This document shows positions 47,878-57,506 of a stretch of DNA of 64,000 nucleotides, in pieces. The stretch's first letter is position 1; the number at the start of each line of letters is the position of its first letter. Location of the stretch: the IMG/VR virus record IMGVR_UViG_2775507075_000002; one strand, 5' to 3'. The notes beneath the pieces were generated by a model. The model made no database searches. It was not told the origin of the DNA and saw only the letters and a program-made list of their open reading frames with translations. Source of the stretch: an uncultured virus (IMG/VR IMGVR_UViG_2775507075_000002). Lineage: Duplodnaviria > Heunggongvirae > Uroviricota > Caudoviricetes. Both the position numbers and the translations under genes were made by a program.

Positions 47878-48040
47878 CGACTCGCCCAATCTCCGCAGAG
47901 ATCTGACTCAGCCGCTCCTCAAGAGCGGCTTTTTCTGCTATCAGACGGTTGAAGTGGGCAAGATAGATTTTCTGTTGCCCAAGCCAGTCTTCAAGCTGTT
48001 GAGTGGTCATGCCCGGGTTAAAAAAATATGGTTGCTGCAT
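47783..48040 (-). CDS. Hypothetical protein
   Basis: GGGGA RBS; coiled-coil; overlaps the convergent ORF by 95 bp. Confidence 0.5.
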   Translation of the reverse strand: MQQPYFFNPGMTTQQLEDWLGQQKIYLAHFNRLIAEKAALEERLSQISAEIGRVATDSFQGMLSFPWDPSPLVENPQQDSGQSAD

Positions 48041-48107
48041 AGCTTCCCCCAGATAAGTTACGCATTGTGATCGGGATTCGCTTCAGACGCTGGCCCCTCT
48101 GCCGTTC

Positions 48108-48183
48108 TGGTGCTGGTTGACGGAATCGAACAGCCGACATCCTGCTTACAAGGCAGGCGCTCTACCTTCTGAGCTAAACCAGC
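48108..48183 (-). tRNA. tRNA-Thr(UGU)
   Basis: GCTGGTT/AACCAGC acceptor stem, CCTGC-CT-TGT-AA-GCAGG anticodon arm, TTCGATT loop, encoded CCA. Confidence 0.93.
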
Positions 48184-48269
48184 AATCTGGTTCAGGGCTC
48201 TGCGCGGAGGGCTTTAACGTATCGTGCAGCACGTCTCTACCCAAGAGCCCTGACCGGATTGCAGATACG

Positions 48270-48298
48270 AAAAAGCCCCGGCATTTGCCGAGGCTTTA
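48270..48298 (-). terminator. tR'-like terminator
   Basis: AAAGCCTCGGCA/TGCCGGGGCTTTT just downstream of the late promoter. Confidence 0.7.
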
Positions 48299-48328
48299 AA
48301 TTTTTTCTTCAACGGTGAACACACAATG

Positions 48329-48370
48329 CCCATCGTTAGAACAAATTAACACGAATTCGGGAAAAGTAAA
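48329..48370 (-). promoter_or_regulatory. Late promoter (pR'-like)
   Basis: TTTACT-16-TAATTT with TG extension, followed by AACGATGGG as at the lambda pR' start. Confidence 0.7.
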
Positions 48371-48374
48371 TATC

Positions 48375-49196
48375 TCACCGCGTTATTTGTTTGAGTTGCG
48401 CCTCTGCCCACGCTTCCTCTATATCGAATTTAGTGATCAATACGTCGAAGAACGGTTTAACCGATTTCTTCCAGGTATCCAGAGTGATGGCGTCCGTTAT
48501 CTGGCAAATGGCCCTATGCACAGCAGTGGAGAGGATTCGCTCATACCCGCGACCACCACAGCGTTTACAGTTACCCATCACAGGCACTCCCTGCTTCTCC
48601 GTCTCATCCTGGTTCACTACCTTCCCCCGACCGTGGCAGTCGTTACAGGCGGCGCTAACAGTCCCTTTTCCCTTGCACTTTTGGCAAAGCACCCGGACCT
48701 GCTCCCGGACCGACTTCACCTCCTCCCAGTATGATGGATAGATCCCCTTTGTAACTTTGACCCACTTCGGCGGTTTGCCGTCCGGATACGTTACTTTGTT
48801 GGTGAACGCCACTGCGTCGATGAATCCAGACCCATTGCAGCAGTCGCATGTTTTTTTACTGGAAGCACTGCGGGAGTAATCCTCAAAGGCGTACTCTGCG
48901 AGGATCCGTATAACCCGGGGTTTTACGCTTGGCGAGAGCTTTCGCAACGCAGCAACCTTATCGCATTTTGTCAGCGCGTACTCAGCCAATAGTCCGATAG
49001 CCCGATCCCGGTCATTGTTGCTTATGCCCATCTTGCCCAGGAAAGCGCTATACCCCATAGCGGCACGTTCCTGGGTCATGCCCATTGCTGCCATGATGTC
49101 GGTGCCGGTCAGTGAATCAGAGGCGGTAGCACGCGGAGAATCGCTAATCAGCGTGGATTTTGCGAAGTGGTATTTCACTGTGTTTTCAAGATTCAC
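48375..49196 (-). CDS. Late antiterminator Q
   Basis: Multiple CxxCxGxG motifs; position before late promoter and lysis. Confidence 0.88.
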   Translation of the reverse strand: MNLENTVKYHFAKSTLISDSPRATASDSLTGTDIMAAMGMTQERAAMGYSAFLGKMGISNNDRDRAIGLLAEYALTKCDKVAALRKLSPSVKPRVIRILAEYAFEDYSRSASSKKTCDCCNGSGFIDAVAFTNKVTYPDGKPPKWVKVTKGIYPSYWEEVKSVREQVRVLCQKCKGKGTVSAACNDCHGRGKVVNQDETEKQGVPVMGNCKRCGGRGYERILSTAVHRAICQITDAITLDTWKKSVKPFFDVLITKFDIEEAWAEAQLKQITR

Positions 49197-49315
49197 GCTG
49201 CGGCCCTCTTTGGCTGTTTTGGTTTGGTCTGGTTCAGGTTGTGCTTTGCTACTGGCGGCATACTGGCGCGCTTAACGCTCTCGGTTTGGTACTGCATGAA
49301 GTGATCGAGGGTCAT
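49193..49315 (-). CDS. Small YlcG-like protein (40 aa)
   Basis: ATGA/GTGA overlaps with rusA and Q. Confidence 0.55.
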   Translation of the reverse strand: MTLDHFMQYQTESVKRASMPPVAKHNLNQTKPKQPKRAAA

Positions 49316-49668
49316 AGAGAATCCCCAATGATGATCTGCCCTTTCTCGCCCCATATTTTGGTGATGCGGCAATCCCAGACGTGTGAATCATCCTCATAGA
49401 GGGCGTCCATTAGGGCTTTCAGCATATTGTCGCAGTCGGGCTTTGACTGATGTGGACGTCCTGCGTATTGCGCTCTCTTTTTCTGACTCCAGCTTTGCGG
49501 CATAGGCATGACGAACGTGACGTGAGCGCCGGAGTCTGGCAGGTGAATTTTGCGCAGACGAGCTTCATCACAGAACGCCCGGTAACGTATTACTTCCGGA
49601 CGCTGCTTCCACTTATCAGCTCTGGTCATCCTGGGTTTGCCGATGGGCGTGATATCGTAGATTTTCAT
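49312..49668 (-). CDS. rusA: RusA-family Holliday junction resolvase
   Basis: KPDCDNMLKALMDAL..DD. Confidence 0.88.
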   Translation of the reverse strand: MKIYDITPIGKPRMTRADKWKQRPEVIRYRAFCDEARLRKIHLPDSGAHVTFVMPMPQSWSQKKRAQYAGRPHQSKPDCDNMLKALMDALYEDDSHVWDCRITKIWGEKGQIIIGDSL

Positions 49669-49961
49669 GATTTGATGAGTCCCTCTTTCCGCCAGATTTC
49701 CAGGGTGCGCATTACCCCCTCTGCGTGCATCAGGCGCAATTCGTCGTAGGTGAAATCGGTGGTTTTGGTTCTGCCGTCAATTACGTCATGGCACCCGTTG
49801 CAGGCGATCGCCGCCTGAGTATCGTCAGGCTTGCATCCTGTGCCGCACGTACCCGCCAGGCGGTAATGCGCCAGCACGCTGGTTTCCGGGTTGCCGTTGC
49901 AGTGCCCGGGGATCCGCACGGTACATTCGCGGCCACGCGCCTCTTTGCGTAGGTTCGCCAT
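49665..49961 (-). CDS. DUF1364/YbcO-family protein
   Basis: MANLRKEARGRECTVRIPG.CN..ETSVLAHYR. Confidence 0.8.
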   Translation of the reverse strand: MANLRKEARGRECTVRIPGHCNGNPETSVLAHYRLAGTCGTGCKPDDTQAAIACNGCHDVIDGRTKTTDFTYDELRLMHAEGVMRTLEIWRKEGLIKS

Positions 49962-49963
49962 AC

Positions 49964-50164
49964 TCACCCCCACATCCTGTTGCGCCAGCGAGAGTCTGGC
50001 CGAGGCGGATTTTTGTCCTCCACCAGCTGCACGCTGACGGTCCATGTCATAAAGTCAGGGTTTAAGCTTCGTTCGACCTTTACGCCCCGCTGACGATATC
50101 TCGCTACCAATTCTTCGGCCTGCTGCGTTGTGCATTCGAGATGGTGAAACCATGAGTGTTTCAT
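49964..50164 (-). CDS. Hypothetical nin-region protein
   Basis: MKHSWFHH..; operon packing. Confidence 0.6.
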   Translation of the reverse strand: MKHSWFHHLECTTQQAEELVARYRQRGVKVERSLNPDFMTWTVSVQLVEDKNPPRPDSRWRNRMWG

Positions 50165-50169
50165 CGGCA

Positions 50170-50766
50170 TCACCCCGCGAAGCTTAAAAGCTGGTTTGCG
50201 GCGTTCTCGGCGTCCAGCAGGCTGTTGAACGAACGAGAGAGGATCCATCGCCAGAGAACATCGAGCGATGCTTTGTACAATTCCTGGAACTCACATTCGT
50301 CCATGCTTGCGAAAGAAATGCTGCGAGGGTGTTTTTTCAGTGTGCCGTCCGGCAGCTGTATGGCGTCATAGTAGCCGGCTTCAACGATGACCCACGCCCG
50401 GTAAGCATCGAAGGATTTGCAAATACTGATATAGCCGGATCGCTTCTCGGCTATTCGGTCGAGATATTGCCCGCCGGCATCAAGTAACGCCGATTCACTC
50501 CCGCCATATGCAGCAAGGTATTTGGCGTAACCTGTGATAAGCCTGCGCTCGTTAGACGAAATCGCCCCGCCGGTAGGTTCCCAATATTCAAAGCCGAGAT
50601 TGAGTAAAGCAAAGTAACGGCGGTGAAACGCCGGATTGCGGACAAGCTTATAATCGGCTTCCAGAACGGATCCGAGCTTGCATTTTGATTGCAGAAAATC
50701 ACTGGTCTCCGGCGTCGCGGGGATCAGGATACCTTGAGATTGTTTTATTAAGTGAAGCTGCGCCAT
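50170..50766 (-). CDS. DUF1367-family protein
   Basis: RNPAFHRRYFALLNLGFEYWEP, PRSISFASMD. Confidence 0.8.
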   Translation of the reverse strand: MAQLHLIKQSQGILIPATPETSDFLQSKCKLGSVLEADYKLVRNPAFHRRYFALLNLGFEYWEPTGGAISSNERRLITGYAKYLAAYGGSESALLDAGGQYLDRIAEKRSGYISICKSFDAYRAWVIVEAGYYDAIQLPDGTLKKHPRSISFASMDECEFQELYKASLDVLWRWILSRSFNSLLDAENAANQLLSFAG

Positions 50767-50849
50767 CACGTTCTCCGGTGGCGCATTACTGTCAGGTGGC
50801 TGGTTGTTCAGACCAGCACTACAAGTATGATGTAGCTAGCTGTTATGAG

Positions 50850-51071
50850 TCAATTTTTAGAGCTCATTTCCTTAATAACCTCCACTAATGATTTTCTTGT
50901 CCAGAGGTGTTCATCTTTAGCAATTTTCCTAACCGATACTTCACTATTAATATTCGATAAAAGGATTCGGTCATTCAAAGCTAATCGGAATGAGCACAAC
51001 ACATGTCCGGATCCGTCCGTAATGGTGGCCCACACATTCCCCTGCTGATTTGGGTCAATACCATCTGTCAC
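50850..51071 (-). CDS. Hypothetical protein, candidate antirepressor
   Basis: GTG start with GGGGG RBS, directly downstream of LexA-controlled dinI. Confidence 0.5.
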   Translation of the reverse strand: MTDGIDPNQQGNVWATITDGSGHVLCSFRLALNDRILLSNINSEVSVRKIAKDEHLWTRKSLVEVIKEMSSKN

Positions 51072-51179
51072 ATTACCCCCTGAGCGACATACAGACGCAC
51101 TCATAAAAAACGGGTAGCAGCATCAAGGGAAACGCGAATGCGATGCTCTGGGATAAGAGCCGCCACCATCACAATTAAA

Positions 51180-51413
51180 CTAATAAAACCAGTCGTCTGC
51201 GCTTTCCCATGTCTCTTGCAGAATTTGCTCAACGCGTTTTTTATCGCCATCAGCGCCGCCCAAAACGCTAAGGCCATCGTTGCTTGTGCGTCGAATGGTT
51301 AATTTGCAGTCATCATAAGACTGAGATAAGCGGCGCAGCAATTCTTGTTCGAGCGCAGGTACGGCGCCATCAGGGAGTTTTTTATGTTTATCAATTGTGA
51401 CTTCAACTTTCAT
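51180..51413 (-). CDS. dinI: DinI-family protein
   Basis: MKVEVTIDK..LPDGAVPALEQEL..ILQETWESADDWF. Confidence 0.92.
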   Translation of the reverse strand: MKVEVTIDKHKKLPDGAVPALEQELLRRLSQSYDDCKLTIRRTSNDGLSVLGGADGDKKRVEQILQETWESADDWFY

Positions 51414-51434
51414 GGTTAGCACCTCACATAAACA

Positions 51435-51450
51435 CTGTATAAATAAACAG
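51435..51450. promoter_or_regulatory. LexA box of dinI
   Basis: CTG-TATAAATAAA-CAG. Confidence 0.92.
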
Positions 51451-51561
51451 TATACTGGGAGAGTGAAATGGTCAAGAGGTTAAGGGCTCTTTTTGCAAAG
51501 GCTATGAGTCTGTTTAACATGATGTTTTTCACTATTAAAAAACCCGCCGAAGCGGGCTTTA

Positions 51562-51640
51562 TCATGCTGCAATGTCTTTTTTCAGGCTCATCTCCGGTAA
51601 GTTAGCTCTCACCAGCGCTTTAGCATGCAGCGGAGTTACC
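51562..51640 (-). pseudogene. Displaced methyltransferase 3' end (VTPLHAKALVRANLPEMSLKKDIAA*)
   Basis: Matches the MTase end VPPPFAEALVRANLPEMCQTRAAA*. Confidence 0.85.
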
Positions 51641-51673
51641 CACATGGTGGAGATTTGACGTTAAACGCACTCT

Positions 51674-51994
51674 TCAAGGTTTTACCAGACTGAATTTTAT
51701 TGTATCCCGATACACCCCTGGATGGCCTGGCACAAACTTACACTTTTTAATAGCAACCTCAGTTTCCCTGAAGAAAACCTCATCGCCCGTTATGTCTACT
51801 GAGTACACTTCGCCTTTATCATTAACCCACGCCGCATAATCGACACTCCCTTCAGTTCTCAATGCCTGAGCCTTCACTGGCATCACTGGCGCAGGACAAC
51901 TTATACGCACAGGTGATATTTCTTTTTTATTATCAATAGCAAACACCACGTTTGATATAAGAGCAGCACTAACCAGAAGTATTAATTTTTTCAT
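51674..51994 (-). CDS. Secreted TonB C-terminal-domain protein (moron)
   Basis: Signal peptide MKKLILL..VFA; P.MP..AQALRTEGSV....VNDKGEV..V.I..F...AIKK.KF.PG. Confidence 0.75.
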   Translation of the reverse strand: MKKLILLVSAALISNVVFAIDNKKEISPVRISCPAPVMPVKAQALRTEGSVDYAAWVNDKGEVYSVDITGDEVFFRETEVAIKKCKFVPGHPGVYRDTIKFSLVKP

Positions 51995-52111
51995 AAACGA
52001 TACCAACTCTGTTTTCCTTGCGTCCAAAATTCACTAATGCGCATTTTGCATGCAACACCGTAGGTGTGTTCCGCTTAGGCACCGCCCCTTAGGGTATGGG
52101 GGGATTATAGT

Positions 52112-53971
52112 TTAAGCTGCGGCTCGCGTCTGGCACATTTCTGGCAAATTAGCCCTTACCAGAGCCTCAGCGAACGGGGGCGGTACCGCATTGCCACAGC
52201 GGGCCACCTGCTTATCCTTGGCGTATTTCACGCCGCGGTAGTCGCGATCGATGATGTACCACTCAGGGAATCCCTGAGCGCGGTATAACTCATGCGGTTG
52301 CAGCATTCGCATCCCGATATCAACGATGCGGTAAGTTACCCCGGCGATTTCCACCAGCCCAGTGCATTCCTCTCCGCAGAATTCTTGCAGGAACGCCAGC
52401 ACCTGCTGCGCTCGCTCTTCGTCATAGTCCTCGACCGCCAGAGTCGTTTTAACCTCCCCTACGTGCTGGCCGCCAGCAGTTATAGTCGGCATCGGTTCAT
52501 CGGTGCGCTGGCCATCCCGGCAGGTGCCACGCAGTTTCACGAGGTGAGAAGCAACCACGGCATGGTGATCAACTGTCGTCACCGAGTGCGCAGGTTCATC
52601 CAGCCCGACGCCCGGACCGGTGTAATTCCCGCCGTAGTGTTTCGCCAGGAATGCTGATACCAACTGCGATTTACCGCCGCCGCCCGCTGTGATTGTTGCG
52701 CTGGGCTCGTCTGCGCGGTGGCCAACACTGGCGCCAAACTGGCGAGCGATAACCGGAGCGACGACGCAGGCGCGCGACTCTTTCAGGATGGTATGGGCTG
52801 GTTTATCGAGCGAGCGGGGTTTCGCCTGGTATTCACTGCCGCCATTACCAGCCATGAACGGTGCCAGCTCAGCTTCAACGATGCCGAGAGCGTGGCCATT
52901 CCCGCCCGGGCGTTTTGACGTGCCGGCGGTGACCGTAGGTACCGGTTCGGTAACTGGCTGCCCGGTGGCGCCGGTGCGGAATTTTGTCAGATGCGGTACC
53001 GCGACTGCGTAGCCGTGGGTTTTCGTAATTGTCTGCAGCGGATCCGTCAGCGGCTGCCCCCGGAAGCAGTCGTATTTGCCTTTGGTTGTCGTGTGGTTGC
53101 ACTTAACGATAAACGGCGACGCACTGTCGATAACGAAGCGCTGGATGCCGCGGGCAATGCGCCGGAGCGTGTTTTCCGCCAGCGGCTTTTTGCGGCCAAA
53201 AATCGACGGGGCTGGGATGGACCAGTCGATGCATTCTGCAGCTGTGCGCCACGGCGCCAGCTTGCCTGCCTGCACCGCGGGCGATTTAGGATCTCCATGA
53301 GTGGCTTCCGGCCATACAATCGGCTTCCCATCGCAACGCATCACCATGAAGAATCGCTTACGGATGGTCGGCGCACCATAATCACATGCGCGCAACTCGC
53401 GATACTCAACAGTGTAGCCCAAACCGTTTACCAGTCGTGCTGCATCCTCGCTATCAAGCGAAATATTCAGAAATTCGCAGCATTCGGCCAGCGCCGGATG
53501 ATCCGCTGAAATGCCTGTGGTCAGCATGCCAATGAATGCCTCAAAAGTCTCGCCAGCACGGGCAGGATCTGGACGCATTTCACCAGCGAGCAGCGGCCCC
53601 CACGTTTTAAATTCTTCAACGTTCTCCAGCTTCATCACTCGGGGTTTAACATCCAGCCCCCAGCGCAGTACCACCCAGGCCAGTCCACGGATCGCTTTCT
53701 CGACAGGCTTAGCTCCTTTCGCTTTTGAAAAGTGACGACAATCTGGTGAAAACCACGCCAGCGCTACCGGGCGGCCAGCGGTCGCGACCTTTGGCCTGAC
53801 TTCGTAAACCGATTCGCAATAGTGCAGCGTGTCCGGGTGATTGGTGGTATGCATAGCAACCGCGTTCGGATCGTGGTTTATCGCGATGTCCACACTACGC
53901 CCAATCGCCAGCTCAATCCCCGTTGAGGCGCCACCGCCACCAGCAAAGTTATCAACGATGATTTCTCTCAC
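52112..53971 (-). CDS. Orphan C5-cytosine DNA methyltransferase
   Basis: FAGGGG, SPDC, ENV, GNAV motifs. Confidence 0.93.
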   Translation of the reverse strand: MREIIVDNFAGGGGASTGIELAIGRSVDIAINHDPNAVAMHTTNHPDTLHYCESVYEVRPKVATAGRPVALAWFSPDCRHFSKAKGAKPVEKAIRGLAWVVLRWGLDVKPRVMKLENVEEFKTWGPLLAGEMRPDPARAGETFEAFIGMLTTGISADHPALAECCEFLNISLDSEDAARLVNGLGYTVEYRELRACDYGAPTIRKRFFMVMRCDGKPIVWPEATHGDPKSPAVQAGKLAPWRTAAECIDWSIPAPSIFGRKKPLAENTLRRIARGIQRFVIDSASPFIVKCNHTTTKGKYDCFRGQPLTDPLQTITKTHGYAVAVPHLTKFRTGATGQPVTEPVPTVTAGTSKRPGGNGHALGIVEAELAPFMAGNGGSEYQAKPRSLDKPAHTILKESRACVVAPVIARQFGASVGHRADEPSATITAGGGGKSQLVSAFLAKHYGGNYTGPGVGLDEPAHSVTTVDHHAVVASHLVKLRGTCRDGQRTDEPMPTITAGGQHVGEVKTTLAVEDYDEERAQQVLAFLQEFCGEECTGLVEIAGVTYRIVDIGMRMLQPHELYRAQGFPEWYIIDRDYRGVKYAKDKQVARCGNAVPPPFAEALVRANLPEMCQTRAAA

Positions 53972-54237
53972 GCGTATTTCCCCATGGCGCATGCCAACGA
54001 ACGAGCCGCGGCGATAATTGACGATACCGGCATTTTCTCCAACCACATACGGTTGATATGATGATGCAGTCGGCGTTGGTGATGCGCCGGCAATTCACCG
54101 GCGTTTTCGACTTCAGAGAAAACCATCGTTACTTCAGCGGGCCATACAGTTTCTGGTACATCCACCAGCAGCAGCTGCTCCAGCTCTAGAATGCGTTTGC
54201 AGGCATACTGCAGCGATGGTTCCATTTCCTTGTTCAT
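53968..54237 (-). CDS. Hypothetical phage protein
   Basis: Overlapping start/stop packing. Confidence 0.65.
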   Translation of the reverse strand: MNKEMEPSLQYACKRILELEQLLLVDVPETVWPAEVTMVFSEVENAGELPAHHQRRLHHHINRMWLEKMPVSSIIAAARSLACAMGKYA

Positions 54238-54485
54238 GCCTGCGATCCTTCCAAAGCAACCGCTATAGCTTCAAAAAAACCATCACGGGTATGATTTGTC
54301 ATCGCTGGTACGAATGCAGCCATCAACAGCTCCTGATCGCAGTTTTCGTCTTCAGAGAGCATCGCTATTTTTTTATCCAGACGATTCTTTGCGTCCTGCA
54401 GCTGCTCGTTCTTACTGGCGCGTTGGATGTAGTCCGCAATGATTGCGATCGCTTTGTTCGTCAACTTCACTGTGACTTCACTCAT
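54234..54485 (-). CDS. Hypothetical phage protein
   Basis: Overlapping start/stop packing. Confidence 0.6.
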   Translation of the reverse strand: MSEVTVKLTNKAIAIIADYIQRASKNEQLQDAKNRLDKKIAMLSEDENCDQELLMAAFVPAMTNHTRDGFFEAIAVALEGSQA

Positions 54486-54682
54486 AATTTGCTCCCGATT
54501 TTCTCAATCGTTTCCAGCAAAAGCCGACGGCGCGTATTCTCGGCAAAGTGCCGGCGCCCGGTATCTTTGTGGTAAAACTCGTTTTTTCCCACCACCCTCA
54601 TACTTTCCGTCGCGTGCAGCTTTTTACGTTTCGGTCCGTCTTTGGTAATCACAATACCGATATGAGTTTTCTCGATAGTCAT
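54482..54682 (-). CDS. Hypothetical phage protein
   Basis: Overlapping start/stop packing. Confidence 0.6.
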   Translation of the reverse strand: MTIEKTHIGIVITKDGPKRKKLHATESMRVVGKNEFYHKDTGRRHFAENTRRRLLLETIEKIGSKL

Positions 54683-55047
54683 AAGGCCTCCCCGCGCGCA
54701 GTTGTCGGCCTACTTGCGCAGATAGCTTCCTGCACATCCAGAACACGCTGAAATACAGGACTGCCCAGCAGGCTGTAGTTCATACCAACAGCCGTTTTTG
54801 GCACCAGGCCAAACCGCTTCATGTCAAAGTCGATAACGGCCCGCTGATCGCGGAACAACCCCAAGCGACCATGCCGGACAACCTCGCCAGTCGCTTCTGC
54901 TTCGGAAAAATACCGCTGAACAGTAGCGCGGCTCAGGCCCAGTTTTTTCATTGCCTCGGCGGTCGTGAGTCGCCCCTGATGCCAGGTGATCCGAATCACT
55001 GCACGGACGTACTCTCTGCGCTCAACTGCTGACAATGCTCTAGCCAT
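54679..55047 (-). CDS. Winged-HTH protein (DUF977-like)
   Basis: GRLTTAEAMKKLGLSRATVQRYF. Confidence 0.7.
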   Translation of the reverse strand: MARALSAVERREYVRAVIRITWHQGRLTTAEAMKKLGLSRATVQRYFSEAEATGEVVRHGRLGLFRDQRAVIDFDMKRFGLVPKTAVGMNYSLLGSPVFQRVLDVQEAICASRPTTARGEAL

Positions 55048-55054
55048 ACATACC

Positions 55055-55804
55055 TCACTTAACGACACGCAAATGACGCACGTTTTTGCGATAGCTGTCC
55101 CATTCAAAATTCACCCACATACCGCCGTCCATCTGGAGACGGTCAAGAATCCGCATACCCAGTGTTTCCTTCAGCGATTCATAGTTCAGGTTGGTTAGGA
55201 TGCCGACAGGTCGCATGGAGGACAGCCGGCGATCGATAACCTGATTCAGGATGACTTTTTCACCGCTGCTTCCGCGCTGAATACCCACCTCATCCAGAAT
55301 AAGCAGGTCCACATGGCACAAATCGTCCAGCAATGACGCCTCTGACTGCCCGCCGTCATAGCACTCGCGAACACGTAGCATCAGGTCAGGAATAGTCACC
55401 ACCAGCACAGAGCGGCCACCAGCCAGCAGGTGATTTCCGATTGCGGCCGCCAGATGGTTTTTCCCGGTGCCTGGCGCTCCGCTGAATACGAAGCTCGCAA
55501 ACCCTAAGCCGAATTGCTGCGCGTAACTTTTCGCCATCGAGAGCGCCCGACGCTGGCCATCCGACTCAACCTGATAGTTCGCGAATGTGCAGCCGCGGTG
55601 CAGATCCTGAATTCCTGCACGTCCAAAGATTTTCTCTGCACGTGCACGCTGGTTTTGTTTTTCCAGTTCCTCACAGCGCTTACGGCCTTCTTCGGCTTGC
55701 CAGGCACGCCATTCATCAACGCTGCCGAATTTTGGCTGAACGCCAGGGGGAATGAGTTTTTTCAGTCGCTCCAGTGCATTCCCGGTACCAATCATGTTTT
55801 TCAT
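55055..55804 (-). CDS. DnaC-like helicase loader
   Basis: GAPGTGKNH, LLILDEVG, TNL, RILDRL. Confidence 0.93.
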   Translation of the reverse strand: MKNMIGTGNALERLKKLIPPGVQPKFGSVDEWRAWQAEEGRKRCEELEKQNQRARAEKIFGRAGIQDLHRGCTFANYQVESDGQRRALSMAKSYAQQFGLGFASFVFSGAPGTGKNHLAAAIGNHLLAGGRSVLVVTIPDLMLRVRECYDGGQSEASLLDDLCHVDLLILDEVGIQRGSSGEKVILNQVIDRRLSSMRPVGILTNLNYESLKETLGMRILDRLQMDGGMWVNFEWDSYRKNVRHLRVVK

Positions 55805-55806
55805 CG

Positions 55807-56694
55807 CTACCCCCTGAATCCCGATGGGATGGTTTTGTCAGGTTCCGAAATCTGATTGGGATCTCGTGCGCCTGGCGCCTGCTGAATCGCCCACGGTTCG
55901 CTGAAATGCATACCAGGGCCAAAAAACGTTTTCGCCTGTTTCACGTACTGCGTGTTGAGGATTCCCTCGGCTTTAACGAAAGCCGCGTAACGCACCACTC
56001 CTGCGAAGATTTCCGCCGTAGTGGTTCCATCCCTGATTCGGGCATTCCAGGCTTTGAAGGCATCGGATTTGCTGTTACCCCCTGCCCGCTTGGGATAAAC
56101 CGACCAGACCTGCTCGAACTCATTCGGGTATATTTTTTGAGGTTCAGGTTTATCGCCTTCGTCCTGATTCTGATCGTCAGGGGGTGTGGCGGAGCCATGC
56201 CCCGAACTATCTTCCTCCTGATCCTGTTCCTGCTCCTGATCCTGTTCCTGGTTAAGGAACGGTTCGAGAACCCTTTCGGAACCCTTTAGTTTTGCGATAC
56301 CAATGTGGGATATTGCCGAGGCTAAAACCCGCGCCAGCTCTGGCTTCACCGTAGATTTGTCCGGGACCTGATCAAACAAACGAAGTGCTGCAATTCCCTG
56401 GTTTGGGTTTTCAACTGAATTCCAGGTCAGAAAGTTACGAATTAGCACCCATTTCGATGACGAATCACGCGTTGCGAAACCGTTAGCCGATAGCTCATCA
56501 AACCCTTTCGAAACCCTTTCAGGAGTCCAAGCAAGGTCTTCCGAAACGTATCCATCAGGCAGCCTGAAGCATCCGATCATGTTTGTGTGTTGCCCGGTGA
56601 GCAGGTACAGCGCCAGCAACCTGGCATCATCCGATACCCGGCGCATTCCATCGCTTATCCAAAATGATGTATGCACCTTGCCGTAATCACGCAT
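55807..56694 (-). CDS. Replication initiator (O-like)
   Basis: FEQVWSVYPKR..K..AFKAW; internal AACCCTTT repeats at ~56270-56290 and ~56500-56520. Confidence 0.85.
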   Translation of the reverse strand: MRDYGKVHTSFWISDGMRRVSDDARLLALYLLTGQHTNMIGCFRLPDGYVSEDLAWTPERVSKGFDELSANGFATRDSSSKWVLIRNFLTWNSVENPNQGIAALRLFDQVPDKSTVKPELARVLASAISHIGIAKLKGSERVLEPFLNQEQDQEQEQDQEEDSSGHGSATPPDDQNQDEGDKPEPQKIYPNEFEQVWSVYPKRAGGNSKSDAFKAWNARIRDGTTTAEIFAGVVRYAAFVKAEGILNTQYVKQAKTFFGPGMHFSEPWAIQQAPGARDPNQISEPDKTIPSGFRG

Positions 56695-56711
56695 AGAGAC
56701 CCCGTTGTTGC

Positions 56712-57506
56712 TTAAACTGGTGTGTTTTCATCACCAAGCACCCACCGCAAAGCCGCTGCGTATTCGCCGCTGGCGGTTTGAAGTTGCTGGGTAATTTCCT
56801 TACGGGATTTAAGACGCGGCTTTGTGTCACCGAGAACAGCGCGCTGGCGACGAGCTTTCTCGTGGCCAGTTACACCCTCTGCCGCTGCCTCTAACTGTTT
56901 GACCGTTTCCCGTTGCTTTTCCGGTGGCATATCGACCAGCTGACGCGCTTGAGTGACAGTGACTTTTCCAGCCTCAACCGCCGCCTGGACGGCCTGCGTA
57001 GCATCCAGTAGAGCCACGGTTGCCTGGACCGTTTTTACGCTGCAGCCAAAAAGCAGGGCAATGTCATTTTCGTCATGACCGTATTCCATCTGCTGAACCA
57101 TTTTTTTGGCCCGGCCCAGTGGGGTATCTGGTTGCGTTATCTCGTTTTCGCTGACCATGTATTTGGCCATTTGAATGGCTGAACCGCGCTTAGCTATACC
57201 GGGTACCGGCCAGGGTTCCAGCCCTGCCCGCTTTCTCCTGGCGTTTGCTTCCTTAGCGTTCTTTACGCGCTGCCGACCTGCCACCACACAGGTTTTCCCT
57301 GTCTCCGGGTCCTTCCACACGATAATTGGTTCGAGTACCCCAAGTTCCATGATGTTGAGGATCACAGCTTCATTAAGCGGTAGGTGTACGCGTTCGTCGT
57401 AAAGCGGGTGTGTTGTATCGGTCACCAGATGCAGGTTTTCCGGTTCGAAAAACAGGACGTTGCTTTTACCGCTGGCGCCGTACGCGTCGATCGAGTTTTT
57501 AGCCAT
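56712..57506 (-). CDS. ParB-like protein
   Basis: GVLEPIIV..VVAGRQRV, SEN. Confidence 0.8.
   Translation of the reverse strand: MAKNSIDAYGASGKSNVLFFEPENLHLVTDTTHPLYDERVHLPLNEAVILNIMELGVLEPIIVWKDPETGKTCVVAGRQRVKNAKEANARRKRAGLEPWPVPGIAKRGSAIQMAKYMVSENEITQPDTPLGRAKKMVQQMEYGHDENDIALLFGCSVKTVQATVALLDATQAVQAAVEAGKVTVTQARQLVDMPPEKQRETVKQLEAAAEGVTGHEKARRQRAVLGDTKPRLKSRKEITQQLQTASGEYAAALRWVLGDENTPV

Noticed and set aside
56210..56252. Short tandem repeats as a CRISPR-like array
   Set aside because: They encode QEQDQEQEQDQE inside the replication protein; no spacers or cas genes anywhere in the window
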